Assembly: GCA_965261085.1 (NCBI GenBank)
Contig: OZ253442.1
Span: forward strand, 1,600,001-1,664,000
Length of the DNA: 64,000 bases
Origin: a bacterium
Lineage (GTDB): Bacteria > UBA8248
Direction: 5' to 3'
The notes under the pieces were generated by a model that saw nothing but the letters and a program-made list of their open reading frames with translations, was not told the DNA's origin and ran no database searches. The translations under genes were made by a program, and so were the position numbers. Of this stretch, positions 48,640 through 59,170 are shown one piece after another; position 1 is the stretch's first letter, and each line of letters begins with the position of its first letter.

Positions 48640-49968
48640 CTAGAATTCCGCTTCTTCGGCTCCCGGAATCTTGAGAGAGCGGAAATGGCCGTCCAACTCG
48701 CCCAGGGGGGCCGTGGCGTCCATGCCCATCTTCGCCGTGACGCCGCCTTGGGCGGAGGGGTCGAGGCGGCTGCCCCAGGCGCCTGGGACGATGAATAAAT
48801 CCTTATCCGCCTGGAATCGCGTGGCCAGCGCCCAATCGACCTGCGCCGGGTTGTGGATGTCGATGTCGTGATCCACGCAGATGGCGTGCTTGACGTCGTA
48901 ATGCGCCGCGAGCGCCGCCATGAGCGCGCTTTTCGCTTCTCCCTCGTTTGTTTTTCGTATCTGGACCACGCAGTGAAAGCGGCCTGCGCCGGAGAGGGGG
49001 AGTACGACGTCCGTGACGGCCGGGACCGCTTTCCGGAGGTCTCGCAGAAGTCCTGCCTCCCTCGGCACGGCGCCCATCAGCAGATGATCATACCCAGCCG
49101 CCACGATGGAATAAAAAACGGGCTCCTCGCGCATGGCGATGGATTTCACCCGGAAGACTTCCCGCTCTCCCGCCGGACTGTAGTAGCGCGGAAACTCGCC
49201 GAAAGGACCTTCGCGCCTGCGCTCGTCCGGCGGAATTTCCCCCTCGATCACGATTTCTGCGCCCGCGGGCACGGGAATTCCCGACCAGGGGGCGGGGGCG
49301 ACGTCCACGGCGCGGCCCTTCAGGCCGCCTGCCGTTTCCAGTTCGTCCTCCCCGGGGGCGAGCACGAGCTGGCTCGCCATCAGAAGCAAGGGGTCCAGAC
49401 CAACGCAGACGGCCGCTTTAAGGGGTTCTCCACGCTCGGCGGCGCGCCTTATCATCCCCTTCAAATGGCGCGGCAGGACGAGCAGGCCGAAAAGGTCGGG
49501 CTCCAGGGCGTGCATCCTGTGAATCGAGACGTTGCCGACCCCGGAATCGGGGTCCTGCGCGATGAAGACGCCGGCGGAAATATAGGGGCCGCCGTCGAGT
49601 TCGTGGTAGGTGGGCAGGGGGAGAATTTTCTGAACGTCGATTTCTTTCGTGATGACGTTGTGGAGAAATGGCGCTTCGGCGACCACGTTGGGTTTGATCT
49701 TGATTTCCTGTCTTCGTTGAACTTCACGAAGCAATTCCCCGGGCGCCACTCCCATGGCGTCGGCGTACCATTCTCTCTTACACGCGATGTTGGCGATGAC
49801 GGGCATCGGCGCGCCGTCGGTTTGCTCGAACAGGAGGGCGGTTTCACCGTCCGCTTTTTGTGAAAGGGCGGCGACTTCATAGCGAAGGGAAACGCCGCGC
49901 GATACGCGCTTGAGTGATCCCTTCTGCTCGAGGTGTGCAATCCAGCTTTTCAAGTCGTGAGCATTCAT
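48640..49968 (-). CDS. UbiD family (de)carboxylase
   Basis: DGGPYIS, IHRM, EIVIEG, EGPFGEF, VDHDIDI, KMGMDAT; start chosen at MNAHDL. Confidence 0.93.
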   Translation of the reverse strand: MNAHDLKSWIAHLEQKGSLKRVSRGVSLRYEVAALSQKADGETALLFEQTDGAPMPVIANIACKREWYADAMGVAPGELLREVQRRQEIKIKPNVVAEAPFLHNVITKEIDVQKILPLPTYHELDGGPYISAGVFIAQDPDSGVGNVSIHRMHALEPDLFGLLVLPRHLKGMIRRAAERGEPLKAAVCVGLDPLLLMASQLVLAPGEDELETAGGLKGRAVDVAPAPWSGIPVPAGAEIVIEGEIPPDERRREGPFGEFPRYYSPAGEREVFRVKSIAMREEPVFYSIVAAGYDHLLMGAVPREAGLLRDLRKAVPAVTDVVLPLSGAGRFHCVVQIRKTNEGEAKSALMAALAAHYDVKHAICVDHDIDIHNPAQVDWALATRFQADKDLFIVPGAWGSRLDPSAQGGVTAKMGMDATAPLGELDGHFRSLKIPGAEEAEF

Positions 49969-50027
49969 GCGCGTATCATGGCAAATGGGGGGAGGAGCGT
50001 CAAAAGTGCGCGTGGACCGAGGCCGTG

Positions 50028-50924
50028 TCACATTTCTTGCGTCATCAAAGTTTCTCTCAGCATGGTGAGATAATCGTTGGCGTAAGGGGGGAGGTAGATG
50101 TCGTTTCGCCGGAACAGGCCGATGCGCTTTTTCCCGAAAAAATGGGATATGTTGGAAGTTCGCCACTCATTAGCAGATTCGGGTCGGGGCCAGAGCGCGT
50201 TGACGACTGCGATGCCCGCCCCGTTCAGGACGGCTTCGTTGATCAGGGTGTAGGAGGACGTATCGAAGACGACGTTGATTCGCAAATTTTCCTTCTCGAA
50301 GGTGTGCTCGATGTGCTGGCGATCCGCCGTGCCGCGCTCCAGAAGGATGAGCGGGTGTGTCGCGATGGTTTCTAGGGCGATTGGTTCGCTTTTCGCGATA
50401 GCGTGCCCCTCGGGATAGAAGAGGAGATAGTCCGTCTCCGTCCACTCTTCGAAGGAGAAATTTCCGCGCGCCTCGGGCGCCGAACCGAAAGCGAAATCAA
50501 CTGCTCCCTCCGAAACATGCTCGAGCAGGTTCGTCCAGTTTCGCTCCAGCACGGATATCTGAACGTTCGGGTAGCGTTCGCGAAACTTGAGAAGCGCGGC
50601 CCTATGGCCCTTCAAGATCAGCATGGGCGCGGCTTCCGCTACGACGAGCCGTCCGTGCGTTTCTCCGCGCAGGTGCCGCTCGACCGTCTCGAGGGACTCG
50701 AAAAAAGGTTTCACGGCGTCGTAGAGGTACTCGCCGCTCGGTGTCAGTTGAAACTTGCGGCCGACGATTTGGTAGAGCTTCACCTTGAGGTCTTCTTCGA
50801 GTGCTTTCACCCGGATGCTGAGGGCGGGCTGCTGGATGGAGAATGGCAGTTGCCTCGCCGCGCGGGTGAAGCCGCCGTGTTTCGCCACATAGAAGAAATA
50901 CTCGAGTTGTCGTAGATTCAACAT
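50028..50924 (-). CDS. LysR family transcriptional regulator
   Basis: LRQLEYF...FTRAA...QPALS...LEEDL...LTPSG HTH; divergent from the CoA-transferase operon. Confidence 0.92.
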   Translation of the reverse strand: MLNLRQLEYFFYVAKHGGFTRAARQLPFSIQQPALSIRVKALEEDLKVKLYQIVGRKFQLTPSGEYLYDAVKPFFESLETVERHLRGETHGRLVVAEAAPMLILKGHRAALLKFRERYPNVQISVLERNWTNLLEHVSEGAVDFAFGSAPEARGNFSFEEWTETDYLLFYPEGHAIAKSEPIALETIATHPLILLERGTADRQHIEHTFEKENLRINVVFDTSSYTLINEAVLNGAGIAVVNALWPRPESANEWRTSNISHFFGKKRIGLFRRNDIYLPPYANDYLTMLRETLMTQEM

Positions 50925-51234
50925 GAAAACCTCGGGAAACCCTTTGCCGCGGTGTTCGTCATCTCATTATATATTTTGATGGTATGAAACGAACCTCCAC
51001 GGATCTCGTTTCGCCATATTTCCTTCAAAAAAGGGATATAATAAAAATAATCTCCCCAAAAACGAACTAATGATACTGGCAATCCATTAAATTATTCAAT
51101 GGGTTTAATTCTCTTTTTTCTCGTTGCGAATCCGGTGTCTTGCGTTTAATCTACACGAGGGGAAAATCTGTATTTTCAGAAGCCAAGATGAGGATTTCAG
51201 GGCGTTGTGAGCAAGGGAAATCCTCGCCCTCGGC

Positions 51235-52203
51235 ATGATGGAGAAAAACGTGACGCAAGATTATCTTTCGCTCAGGGAGAAAACCCAGTCGCGGGATCGC
51301 AGTTTGAGAGACAAGGTGATGACGCTCGAGGAGGCTTGCGACTTCGTGGGCGATGGCGAGCACGTCAGCCTCGGCGGCTCTACGGCTTCGAGAACACCTT
51401 TCGCGATGATTTGGGCGCTGATCCGCGCGAAGAAGAAAAATCTTTCCTTTTCTCGGAGCATCGTCTCCACCGAGGGCGACCTCATCTTCGCCTCCGGCAT
51501 CGGTGATCACATTCTCACGAGTTGGTTCAGTCAGGGAATCGTGTGGGGCGTCTCGCGCGTAATGCGCCATTTCACCGAAAAAAAACTGGCGCGTTTCGAG
51601 GAATGGAGCCACATGTCCATCGGCCTGCGCTACAGGGCGGGCGCCATGGGTGTTCCGTTCATGCCGATGCGCTCGATGATGGGCTCGGACGTGGCGGGCC
51701 GGCTCGATAATCTGGAGGAAATGACCTGTCCGTTCACGGGCGAGAAAATCCTTCTGGTTCCGGCCTTGAATCCAGACGTCGCTCTGATTCACGTGCAGCG
51801 ATGCGACCCGTTCGGCAACGCGCAGCTCGACGGCCTGACGTTCATGGATATCGACATGGCCATGGCGGCGAATCGCGTCATCATCACCACCGAGCGCATC
51901 ATCTCGAACGATCAGATTCGCAGAAGGCCCGATCAGACGAAAATCCCCTTTTTCACCGTCGAAGCCGTGGTGGAGGCGCCCTATGGTTGCGCGCCGCATG
52001 AATGCTTCGGCGTCTATGAGCCTTTGTTTTCCCATATGGACTATTATGCGGAACTCACGAGGAAAGAACCGATGGACGGCGTGAAGGCGTATCTGGACGA
52101 GTACTTCTACGCGCCGAAGAGTTGGACGGAGTATCTGAATCTCATCGGGTTGGAGAAGCTCTTGGATGCGGCCCGCAGGGGGAGGAGCATTTATGACGAT
52201 TGA
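51235..52203 (+). CDS. CoA-transferase subunit A (glutaconate CoA-transferase-like)
   Basis: RAGAMGVPFMP, CPFTGE, ALNPDVALIHVQ, EAPYGCAP. Confidence 0.9.
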   Translation: MMEKNVTQDYLSLREKTQSRDRSLRDKVMTLEEACDFVGDGEHVSLGGSTASRTPFAMIWALIRAKKKNLSFSRSIVSTEGDLIFASGIGDHILTSWFSQGIVWGVSRVMRHFTEKKLARFEEWSHMSIGLRYRAGAMGVPFMPMRSMMGSDVAGRLDNLEEMTCPFTGEKILLVPALNPDVALIHVQRCDPFGNAQLDGLTFMDIDMAMAANRVIITTERIISNDQIRRRPDQTKIPFFTVEAVVEAPYGCAPHECFGVYEPLFSHMDYYAELTRKEPMDGVKAYLDEYFYAPKSWTEYLNLIGLEKLLDAARRGRSIYDD

Positions 52204-52963
52204 GACGAAAGACTTCACGGCGTCGGAGCTTCTGTGCGTTATGAGCGCGCGCTCGCTCGAGGATGGCCAGGTGGTTTTCGCGGGCGTGGGGATTCCGCTT
52301 TTGGCCGCCACGCTGGCCCAGCGCCTCCATGCCCCGGGCGTGACGATTCTTTTCGAGGGCGGCACCATCGGCCCGCACGTCGTGCCCGGCCAGCTTCCGC
52401 CCACCACGAACGAACAGCGCTGCACGCGCAAGGCGAACATGCTGGTGAGCATCACCGATGTCTTGCTCCTGCTTCAGCGCGGCTACGTGGACGTGGGCTT
52501 CATGGGGGGCGCCCAGATCGATCAGTACGGAAACCTGAACAGCTCCTTCATCGGAAGCGCGGACGATCCGTCCGTGCGGCTGCCCGGCACGGGTGGGGGG
52601 AACGATATTTCGAGCCTCACCAGGATGATCGTGGCGATGCCGCAGGAAAAGCGCCGTTTTGTGGAAAACGTGGATTTCATCACCAGCCCCGGCTACATCA
52701 GAGGCGGGACCTCGAGGCGCGATTCGGGCCTGATAGCCGGGGGCATGTACCGCGTGGTGACCGACCTGGGGATTCTGGGATTCGACGAGACGGGCAGGAT
52801 GCGCGTCGAGGCCTTACACTCGGGCGTGACGCCCGAGCAGGCGCAGGAGAACACGGGCTTCGAGTTGATCATCGACTCCTCCGTTTCGACCACGGAGCCG
52901 CCCACAGAAGAGGAATTGGCCGCGCTTCGCCATCTGGACCCGGAGAAGATCTACACCGCATGA
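52193..52963 (+). CDS. CoA-transferase subunit B
   Basis: FAGVGIP, FEGG, GGAQIDQYGNLN, LPGTGGGND, VDFITSPG. Confidence 0.9.
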   Translation: MTIETKDFTASELLCVMSARSLEDGQVVFAGVGIPLLAATLAQRLHAPGVTILFEGGTIGPHVVPGQLPPTTNEQRCTRKANMLVSITDVLLLLQRGYVDVGFMGGAQIDQYGNLNSSFIGSADDPSVRLPGTGGGNDISSLTRMIVAMPQEKRRFVENVDFITSPGYIRGGTSRRDSGLIAGGMYRVVTDLGILGFDETGRMRVEALHSGVTPEQAQENTGFELIIDSSVSTTEPPTEEELAALRHLDPEKIYTA

Positions 52964-52978
52964 ACACATGGAGTCGCC

Positions 52979-54244
52979 ATGAGCGCTGAGAACAGAGAAA
53001 AAATTCTGACCCAGGTCGACGCCCATCGGGACGAGATCATCTCCCTGCTCACCAAGCTCGTCCAGATACCGAGCGTGACCGGCAACGAGCAAGAGATTCA
53101 AAATTATATCGCGGACTTCGTGCGCGAGATGGATGTCGAGGTGGACGTCTGGGAATCGGACTGGGAGGAGTTGAAAACACACCCCGAATACGTGCCCGTT
53201 ACCAGGGGCTATGAGGGGAGGCCGAACGTGGTCGCCGTGCTCAAGGGTTCGGGCGGAGGTAAATCGCTCCTGCTTAACGGCCACACCGATACCGTCCCGA
53301 ACGGCCCGGATGACGCCTGGGAGCATGGGCCGCTCTCTGCGGACATCGAGGACGGCCGTCTGTACGGGCGAGGCGCTTCGGACATGAAAAGCGGAGTGGC
53401 GGCCATCATGATGGCCGCCAAATGCTTCATGGCGGCGGGGCTTAGACCCAAGGGAAACGTTATTCTCGATTTCGTCGTGGATGAGGAGTTGAGCGGCCAC
53501 GGCACGCTCGACACCATTTTGCGCGGCTATACGGCGGATGCGGGGATTTGCTGCGAGACGAGCGAAAACGCCATCCAGCCCGGCTGCATCGGCAGAATAT
53601 GGTTCGAGATACTCGTGCGCGGAAAGGCGGCGGGCATCCAGCGAAGGTATGAGGGCGTGAACGCCATCGACCTGGGCTACAAGATTGTTCAGGCCGTGGC
53701 CGATCTCGAGAAAAAACGCTTGGAGACGGTATCCCATCCGTTGTATCCTAAAATCATCGACGCGATTCCTTGTATGGTCGGTTCGATGGAGGCCGGGAGC
53801 TTCCCGAGCGCCTTTCCGGATACCTGTGTGCTAAAGGGGAGTCTCGCCACCGTGCCCGGCGAGGATCACGACGCGGCCAAGCAAAGCCTGGTCGATCAGG
53901 TGGCGCAGGCGGCGGAGGAAGATCCGTGGATGAAGGATCATCCGCCGGAGGTGCGTTTCGTGGGGTATTACGCCGAATCGTCCGCCGTAGACGCTGAACA
54001 CCCGATCGTAAAGACGGTGGCGAACGCCTATCAGGAAATATCAGGTAAGACGCCTGAAATATCCGGGCGTCAGGGAGCGGCCGATACACGTTTTTTGAAT
54101 GGCTTCGGAATCCCGACGGTCATCTTCGGCCCCGGCCCCACCACCCAGATGCACGCGAACAACGAGTGGGTGGCGGTGGAGGACGTGATCGACGCGACGA
54201 AAACACTGGCGCTCTCCATCCTGGATTGGTGCGGAGCGGAATAA
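52979..54244 (+). CDS. ArgE/DapE-family M20 deacylase
   Basis: NGHTDTV, GRGASDMKSG, VDEE, GPG...HANNEWV. Confidence 0.92.
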   Translation: MSAENREKILTQVDAHRDEIISLLTKLVQIPSVTGNEQEIQNYIADFVREMDVEVDVWESDWEELKTHPEYVPVTRGYEGRPNVVAVLKGSGGGKSLLLNGHTDTVPNGPDDAWEHGPLSADIEDGRLYGRGASDMKSGVAAIMMAAKCFMAAGLRPKGNVILDFVVDEELSGHGTLDTILRGYTADAGICCETSENAIQPGCIGRIWFEILVRGKAAGIQRRYEGVNAIDLGYKIVQAVADLEKKRLETVSHPLYPKIIDAIPCMVGSMEAGSFPSAFPDTCVLKGSLATVPGEDHDAAKQSLVDQVAQAAEEDPWMKDHPPEVRFVGYYAESSAVDAEHPIVKTVANAYQEISGKTPEISGRQGAADTRFLNGFGIPTVIFGPGPTTQMHANNEWVAVEDVIDATKTLALSILDWCGAE

Positions 54245-54260
54245 GACCGAGGGAATCGAT

Positions 54261-55217
54261 ATGTCAGGACAAGACGTCAACTACGGAATCGCCATGCGGA
54301 ATTTCACCGCGTATCCCGAACTCCCCGACCCGGCGGCGCTCATCGAATATGGCGTCGCCATGGAGGAGTTGGGTTTCGAGTCCCTCTGGGTGTGGGATCA
54401 TATTCTGCTGGGCGTGGAGCCGCACTTCCCCATCATCGAGGCGTTGACGCTTCTGACGGCGGTGGCCGCGCGGACGAGCAGAATCAAACTCGGCACGGGC
54501 GTGCTCGTCTTGCCGCTGAGGAATCCGCTCGTACTGGCGAAGCAGCTTTCGAGCATCGACCAGATATCGAATGGCCGCCTCATCGTCGGTATGGCGTCGG
54601 GTTGGTACAAGCGCGAATTCGATGCCGTGGGCGTTCCCTTCGAAAAACGCGGCAACATCATGGATCAGAATATCGAAATCATCACAAGGCTTTGGACCGA
54701 GGATATGGTGCGCGCGGAATACGGGCAGTACAATCTTAGGAATTCCGTCATGTTCCCAAAGCCCGTGCAGCGGCCAAGGCCGAGCATTCTCATCGGGGGC
54801 TACGTCGACCGCGTACTCAAGCGCGCAGGTACGAAGGGCGATGGCTGGCTCACATATTTTTATACGCCGGAGAGCTTTACGCAGTCCTGGGAGAAGGTGC
54901 GCCGATTCGCCGAGGAAGCCGGACGCGACCCAGCCGAGCTTGAGAGCACGAACCAGCTTCCCATCATGGTGGGCGATTCGCGCGCTGAAATCGAGGGTCC
55001 GATGAACGAGTGGCTCCACACGGAGTGGGACTATGCCTCCTGGAGCGAGTCCACGGCTTCAAGCGCCGTCATGGGAAACGTCGATGAGTGCGTGGCGCAG
55101 CTACAGGCCCATATCGACACCGGGGTGAACCGGCTCATTTTCGTTCCCTACAAATACGAGATGGAGCAGGTGGAAATCGTGGCGAAGGAAATCATCCCTC
55201 GTCTGAGAGCGGGGTAG
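54261..55217 (+). CDS. LLM class oxidoreductase (possibly F420-dependent)
   Basis: LWVWDH, KLGTGVLVLPLRNP, PKPVQRP. Confidence 0.9.
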   Translation: MSGQDVNYGIAMRNFTAYPELPDPAALIEYGVAMEELGFESLWVWDHILLGVEPHFPIIEALTLLTAVAARTSRIKLGTGVLVLPLRNPLVLAKQLSSIDQISNGRLIVGMASGWYKREFDAVGVPFEKRGNIMDQNIEIITRLWTEDMVRAEYGQYNLRNSVMFPKPVQRPRPSILIGGYVDRVLKRAGTKGDGWLTYFYTPESFTQSWEKVRRFAEEAGRDPAELESTNQLPIMVGDSRAEIEGPMNEWLHTEWDYASWSESTASSAVMGNVDECVAQLQAHIDTGVNRLIFVPYKYEMEQVEIVAKEIIPRLRAG

Positions 55218-55255
55218 GCCAATAAAGTGATACGCCGCCTCACGGGAGCAGAACG

Positions 55256-55465
55256 ATGCAAACGACATCGAGAACGTGGGATAGTCTGGCTTCGGCTTCG
55301 GAGACGATCTTCGACGCCGTGGGCTTCACTCCGCTGGTGAAGCTCGGACGAATCGGGTATGGAGGCGGCGCTACAGGAAGTCGTCGAGGGGGACAGGGAG
55401 ATGATGCTCCAAAAGTTCAGGTCCTCATGGGAGATCATCGAATAAGGTATTTCCCTTCTTATTAA
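55256..55465 (+). pseudogene. N-terminal fragment of a cysteine-synthase-like gene
   Basis: RTWDSLASASETIFDAVGFTPLVKLGRI resembles RAWDSYRRYSENIFDAIGGTPLVRLNKV of the next gene, then diverges. Confidence 0.55.
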
Positions 55466-55475
55466 GGCGCAAGAA

Positions 55476-56531
55476 ATGGGTATTCGGAAACGAGCTTGGG
55501 ATTCTTACAGACGCTATTCTGAAAACATTTTCGACGCCATCGGGGGCACGCCTCTGGTGCGTTTGAACAAGGTGGCGGTGGATGTTCAACCCGAGGTTTA
55601 CGCGAAACTCGAGTGGTACTCGCCCTCGGGGAGCCTCAAGGATCGCATCTACTACAACATGCTCTTGAAAGCGGAGGAGCGCGGCGACCTGAGAGCCGGA
55701 ATGACGGTGCTCGAATGCTCCACCGGCAACGCAGGCATCGCCTGCTCGTTCGTCTCTGCGGTCAAGGGTTACTCCTGCATCGTCGTCATGCCCGAGGGCA
55801 TGAGCGATGAGCGCAAAAAGCTTATGCGCGCCTATGGGGCCGATTTGGTATTTACGCCGGGCGGGGAGAGCGACGTCGACCTCGCGCTTGAGAAACTCGA
55901 AGAAATCCGCACGGCTTCGCCTGAGAAATACTGGGTTCCCGCCCAATTCGACAATTTAGACAACAACGAGGCGCATTACCTCACGACGGGGCCCGAGATT
56001 TTCGAGCAGTTGGACGGGCGCGTAGACGCCGTCGTGGCGTCGCAGGGAACGGGTGGCTGGGTGAGTGGCGTAGGGAAATTCCTGCGTGAGGACAACCCGG
56101 ATGTGAGGCTCTACGCGGTGGAGCCTCAGGAATGTCCGCTCCTGAGCCAGCGGGGCTGGGGGCCGCACGGCATCGAGGGTATCGGGGACGGCTTCGTGCC
56201 CAAGGCGCTCGACCTGTCGCAGCTTTCAGGCATCGTGACGACGACGACGGATGAGTCGGTCGAAATGGCGCAACGCCTGGCGCGCGAGGAGGGAATTTTC
56301 TGCGGCATCTCCTCGGGCTGCAACGTGGCGGCCGCCATCAAGCTGGCCCGCAGGCATCCTGAGTTGCTCAACATTGTCACGAACATCAACGATACGGGAC
56401 AGCGTTATTTCACCACCGCCTTATGCGGGGAGGAAAAACACGTCGAGATTCCCGAACGAGACCACCACGTGGACCCATACAGCGCGGCGCAACTCGATCG
56501 GTATTCGAGCGAATGGGAAATCATTACCTAG
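55476..56531 (+). CDS. PLP-dependent cysteine synthase family protein
   Basis: SLKDRI (PLP lysine), STGNAG, GTGG, GIEGIG, GISSG. Confidence 0.9.
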   Translation: MGIRKRAWDSYRRYSENIFDAIGGTPLVRLNKVAVDVQPEVYAKLEWYSPSGSLKDRIYYNMLLKAEERGDLRAGMTVLECSTGNAGIACSFVSAVKGYSCIVVMPEGMSDERKKLMRAYGADLVFTPGGESDVDLALEKLEEIRTASPEKYWVPAQFDNLDNNEAHYLTTGPEIFEQLDGRVDAVVASQGTGGWVSGVGKFLREDNPDVRLYAVEPQECPLLSQRGWGPHGIEGIGDGFVPKALDLSQLSGIVTTTTDESVEMAQRLAREEGIFCGISSGCNVAAAIKLARRHPELLNIVTNINDTGQRYFTTALCGEEKHVEIPERDHHVDPYSAAQLDRYSSEWEIIT

Positions 56532-56552
56532 CATCAACTGTGGGTAGAACAT

Positions 56553-57419
56553 ATGCTTTATGCCCAGATTCTGATTAACAGCATTCTCTTAGGCGGCATA
56601 TACGCCTGCATCGCGGTCGGCTTCTCGCTCGTCTGGGGCGTGATGAACATCTTGAACGTCCTGCACGGCACGTTTTTGATGCTGGGCGGCTACGTTACGT
56701 TCTGGATGTTCAAGCTCTATGGCGTGGACCCGTTTTTGTCCCTTCCTGTTTCCGCCGCCGTCATGTTCTGCGCCGGTTATGTGGTGCAGCGCGGATTGAT
56801 CAACAAAATCGTACGCGCGCCCATGTTCATGTCCCTGATTCTCACCTTTGGTCTTCAGTTAATCGTCGTGAGGCTGGCGATATTTTTCTTCACCGGTGAT
56901 TACAGGTCGGTTCAGCCCTCCTATGCTGGTTTCTCCATTACCGTCATGGGTCTTTCCATACCATTCGTCCGGATTTCCATATTCGTGCTAGGCGTCATTC
57001 TCACGAGCATTCTCTTCTGGTTCATGGGGCGTACACGCACGGGTCGGGCCATACGCGCGACGAGGATGGATTTGGATTCCGCCCAGTTGATGGGCGTCGA
57101 CATCGGAAAAATATACGCCATCACATATGGAATCGGCGCGGCCGTCGCCGCCACGGCGGGTTCCCTTGTGAGCGTGGGTTTCGCCATCTCGCCGGTGAGT
57201 GACGTGGAATTTCTCTCGAAGTCCTTCATCATCTGCACCATCGGAGGCCTCGGGAACATCACGGGTGCGCTTGCCGGGGGGCTGATACTGGGACTCGCCG
57301 AGAATTTCGGGGCCCTGTATTTCGGCCCGGGGCTGCAAAACGCCATCGGCTACGTGCTCTTGATTCTGGTGCTCTTCATCAAACCATCGGGCCTGCTGGG
57401 CAGAAAGGGTTTTGAATAA
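56553..57419 (+). CDS. Branched-chain amino acid-type ABC permease (LivH-like)
   Basis: GFSLVWGVM, TRTGRAIRA, IGGLG, KPSGLLG. Confidence 0.9.
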   Translation: MLYAQILINSILLGGIYACIAVGFSLVWGVMNILNVLHGTFLMLGGYVTFWMFKLYGVDPFLSLPVSAAVMFCAGYVVQRGLINKIVRAPMFMSLILTFGLQLIVVRLAIFFFTGDYRSVQPSYAGFSITVMGLSIPFVRISIFVLGVILTSILFWFMGRTRTGRAIRATRMDLDSAQLMGVDIGKIYAITYGIGAAVAATAGSLVSVGFAISPVSDVEFLSKSFIICTIGGLGNITGALAGGLILGLAENFGALYFGPGLQNAIGYVLLILVLFIKPSGLLGRKGFE

Positions 57420-58404
57420 CATGTTCAAGCCTTGGGCCCACATTCAATGGCTCGGCATGGGAGCGGGCGTGCTCGCCCTCATCCTTTTGCCTTCTTTCGT
57501 GGAGAACGACGAGATTCGCAAGTGGATGGATATCCTGATGGTGGCCATACTGGCGACGAGCTGGAATTTCATCGGCGGCTTGACGGGCTATCCTTCCTTC
57601 GCGCCGGCCGCCTTTTTCGGGCTGGGTGCCTACACGACGGCCGTCCTGATGAACGCGGGGTTCAATTTCTTTATCACCTTAGGGATTGGGGCTAGCTTCG
57701 GCGCTCTCGTGGCGCTCGCCCTGGGCGTTCCCATATTGCGGCTGAAAGGCCACTACTTCGCCATCGCCACGTTCGGTGTGGCGGAATTTTTCCGTGAACT
57801 GGCGGATAATCTGCGCATCACCGGCGGGGGGGACGGGATCAACCTTCCCCAGATTACGGGCGGGCCGGATTATTTCACGCGCTTTTTTTACTTCTCCATG
57901 CTCGGGGTGGCCGTGCTCGCGGTCTTGACGCAGTACTTCGTCACGCGTCACCGCCTGGGTTACGGGCTTGTCGCGATTCGGGAGAATGAGGACGCGGCCG
58001 CCATGACGGGCGTGGATACGACAAAATACAAGATCATCGCTTTTGTTCTCTCATCCATTTTCCCCGCGATGGGCGGCGGCGTGTATGCCTATCGCGCCGC
58101 ATTTTTAGAACCCATCGATGTGTTCGACATCATGTTCTCCATCAAGGCGATCGTGATGTCTATGCTCGGCGGGGTGGGGACGGTGATGGGTCCGGTCATG
58201 GGCGCGTTGATGATGGAATACCTGGCGGATTACCTGTGGGGGGCGTTCACGGAATTCCACAGCGTGTTTTTGGGAATCATCATCGTGCTGGTCGTTTTAT
58301 TCCTCCCGCGTGGCCTGATGGCCGTCTCCCAAGAAGTGAAAAGCCGCGGGTGGGGGTCTTTGGGGGTTATCCTTAAGAGCAACATACAGAGGTTCAAGGT
58401 GTGA
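57412..58404 (+). CDS. Branched-chain amino acid-type ABC permease (LivM-like)
   Basis: LRLKGHYFAIAT, AIRENEDAA, LPRGL. Confidence 0.9.
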   Translation: MNNMFKPWAHIQWLGMGAGVLALILLPSFVENDEIRKWMDILMVAILATSWNFIGGLTGYPSFAPAAFFGLGAYTTAVLMNAGFNFFITLGIGASFGALVALALGVPILRLKGHYFAIATFGVAEFFRELADNLRITGGGDGINLPQITGGPDYFTRFFYFSMLGVAVLAVLTQYFVTRHRLGYGLVAIRENEDAAAMTGVDTTKYKIIAFVLSSIFPAMGGGVYAYRAAFLEPIDVFDIMFSIKAIVMSMLGGVGTVMGPVMGALMMEYLADYLWGAFTEFHSVFLGIIIVLVVLFLPRGLMAVSQEVKSRGWGSLGVILKSNIQRFKV

Positions 58405-59168
58405 GCGAAACACTGTTAGAAGGGAGGGGCGTCACAAAGCGTTTCGGCGGACTCACCGCCGTCTCGGCGGTGGATTTCACCGTGCGGAAAGGAGAGATCC
58501 TGGGCGTCATCGGTCCCAACGGTGCGGGGAAGACGACGCTCCTCAACTGCATTACGGGTCTTGATCCGTTGAATGAGGGGGAGATTCTGTTTCGCGGCGA
58601 ACGCATCGAAACCTTCAAGCCCCATACCATCACGAGAAGGGGGATTGCCCGGACGTTTCAGATTGTTCAGCCCTTTCCGGGTCTCGCGGTGCGCGAGAAC
58701 GTCGTGATGGGCGCGCTGTTCGGCTCCCAGAAGTCGAGAAAAGAAGTGAAGCGCGCCCAAGGCCTCGCGGATGAAATGCTGGCGTTCGTGGGGCTAAGCG
58801 CTAAGGCCACGCAACTCGCCTCCCAACTCACGCTCGCCGAGAGAAAGCGCCTCGAATTCGCCAAGTCTCTCGCCACCGATCCGGAGGTGCTTCTTCTCGA
58901 TGAGGTGAATGCCGGCCTGAACACGACGGAAATCGAGAACGCCATTTCCCTCATCCACAAGGTGAGGGATCAGGGCGTGACCATCCTGGTGATCGAACAT
59001 TTGATGAAGGTGATTACGGGTCTCTCGGATCGCGTCATCGTTTTACACCATGGGGAGAAGATAGCGGAAGGTTTGCCCGGCGAGGTGACGAGCGATGAGC
59101 AGGTCATCAAGGCGTATCTGGGCGAGAAGTATGTGGCGATGATGAAAAAACTGGAAGAGGAGTCCTAG
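58401..59168 (+). CDS. ABC ATP-binding protein (LivG-like)
   Basis: GPNGAGKTT, LLLDE, VIEH. Confidence 0.92.
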   Translation: MSETLLEGRGVTKRFGGLTAVSAVDFTVRKGEILGVIGPNGAGKTTLLNCITGLDPLNEGEILFRGERIETFKPHTITRRGIARTFQIVQPFPGLAVRENVVMGALFGSQKSRKEVKRAQGLADEMLAFVGLSAKATQLASQLTLAERKRLEFAKSLATDPEVLLLDEVNAGLNTTEIENAISLIHKVRDQGVTILVIEHLMKVITGLSDRVIVLHHGEKIAEGLPGEVTSDEQVIKAYLGEKYVAMMKKLEEES

Positions 59169-59170
59169 GT

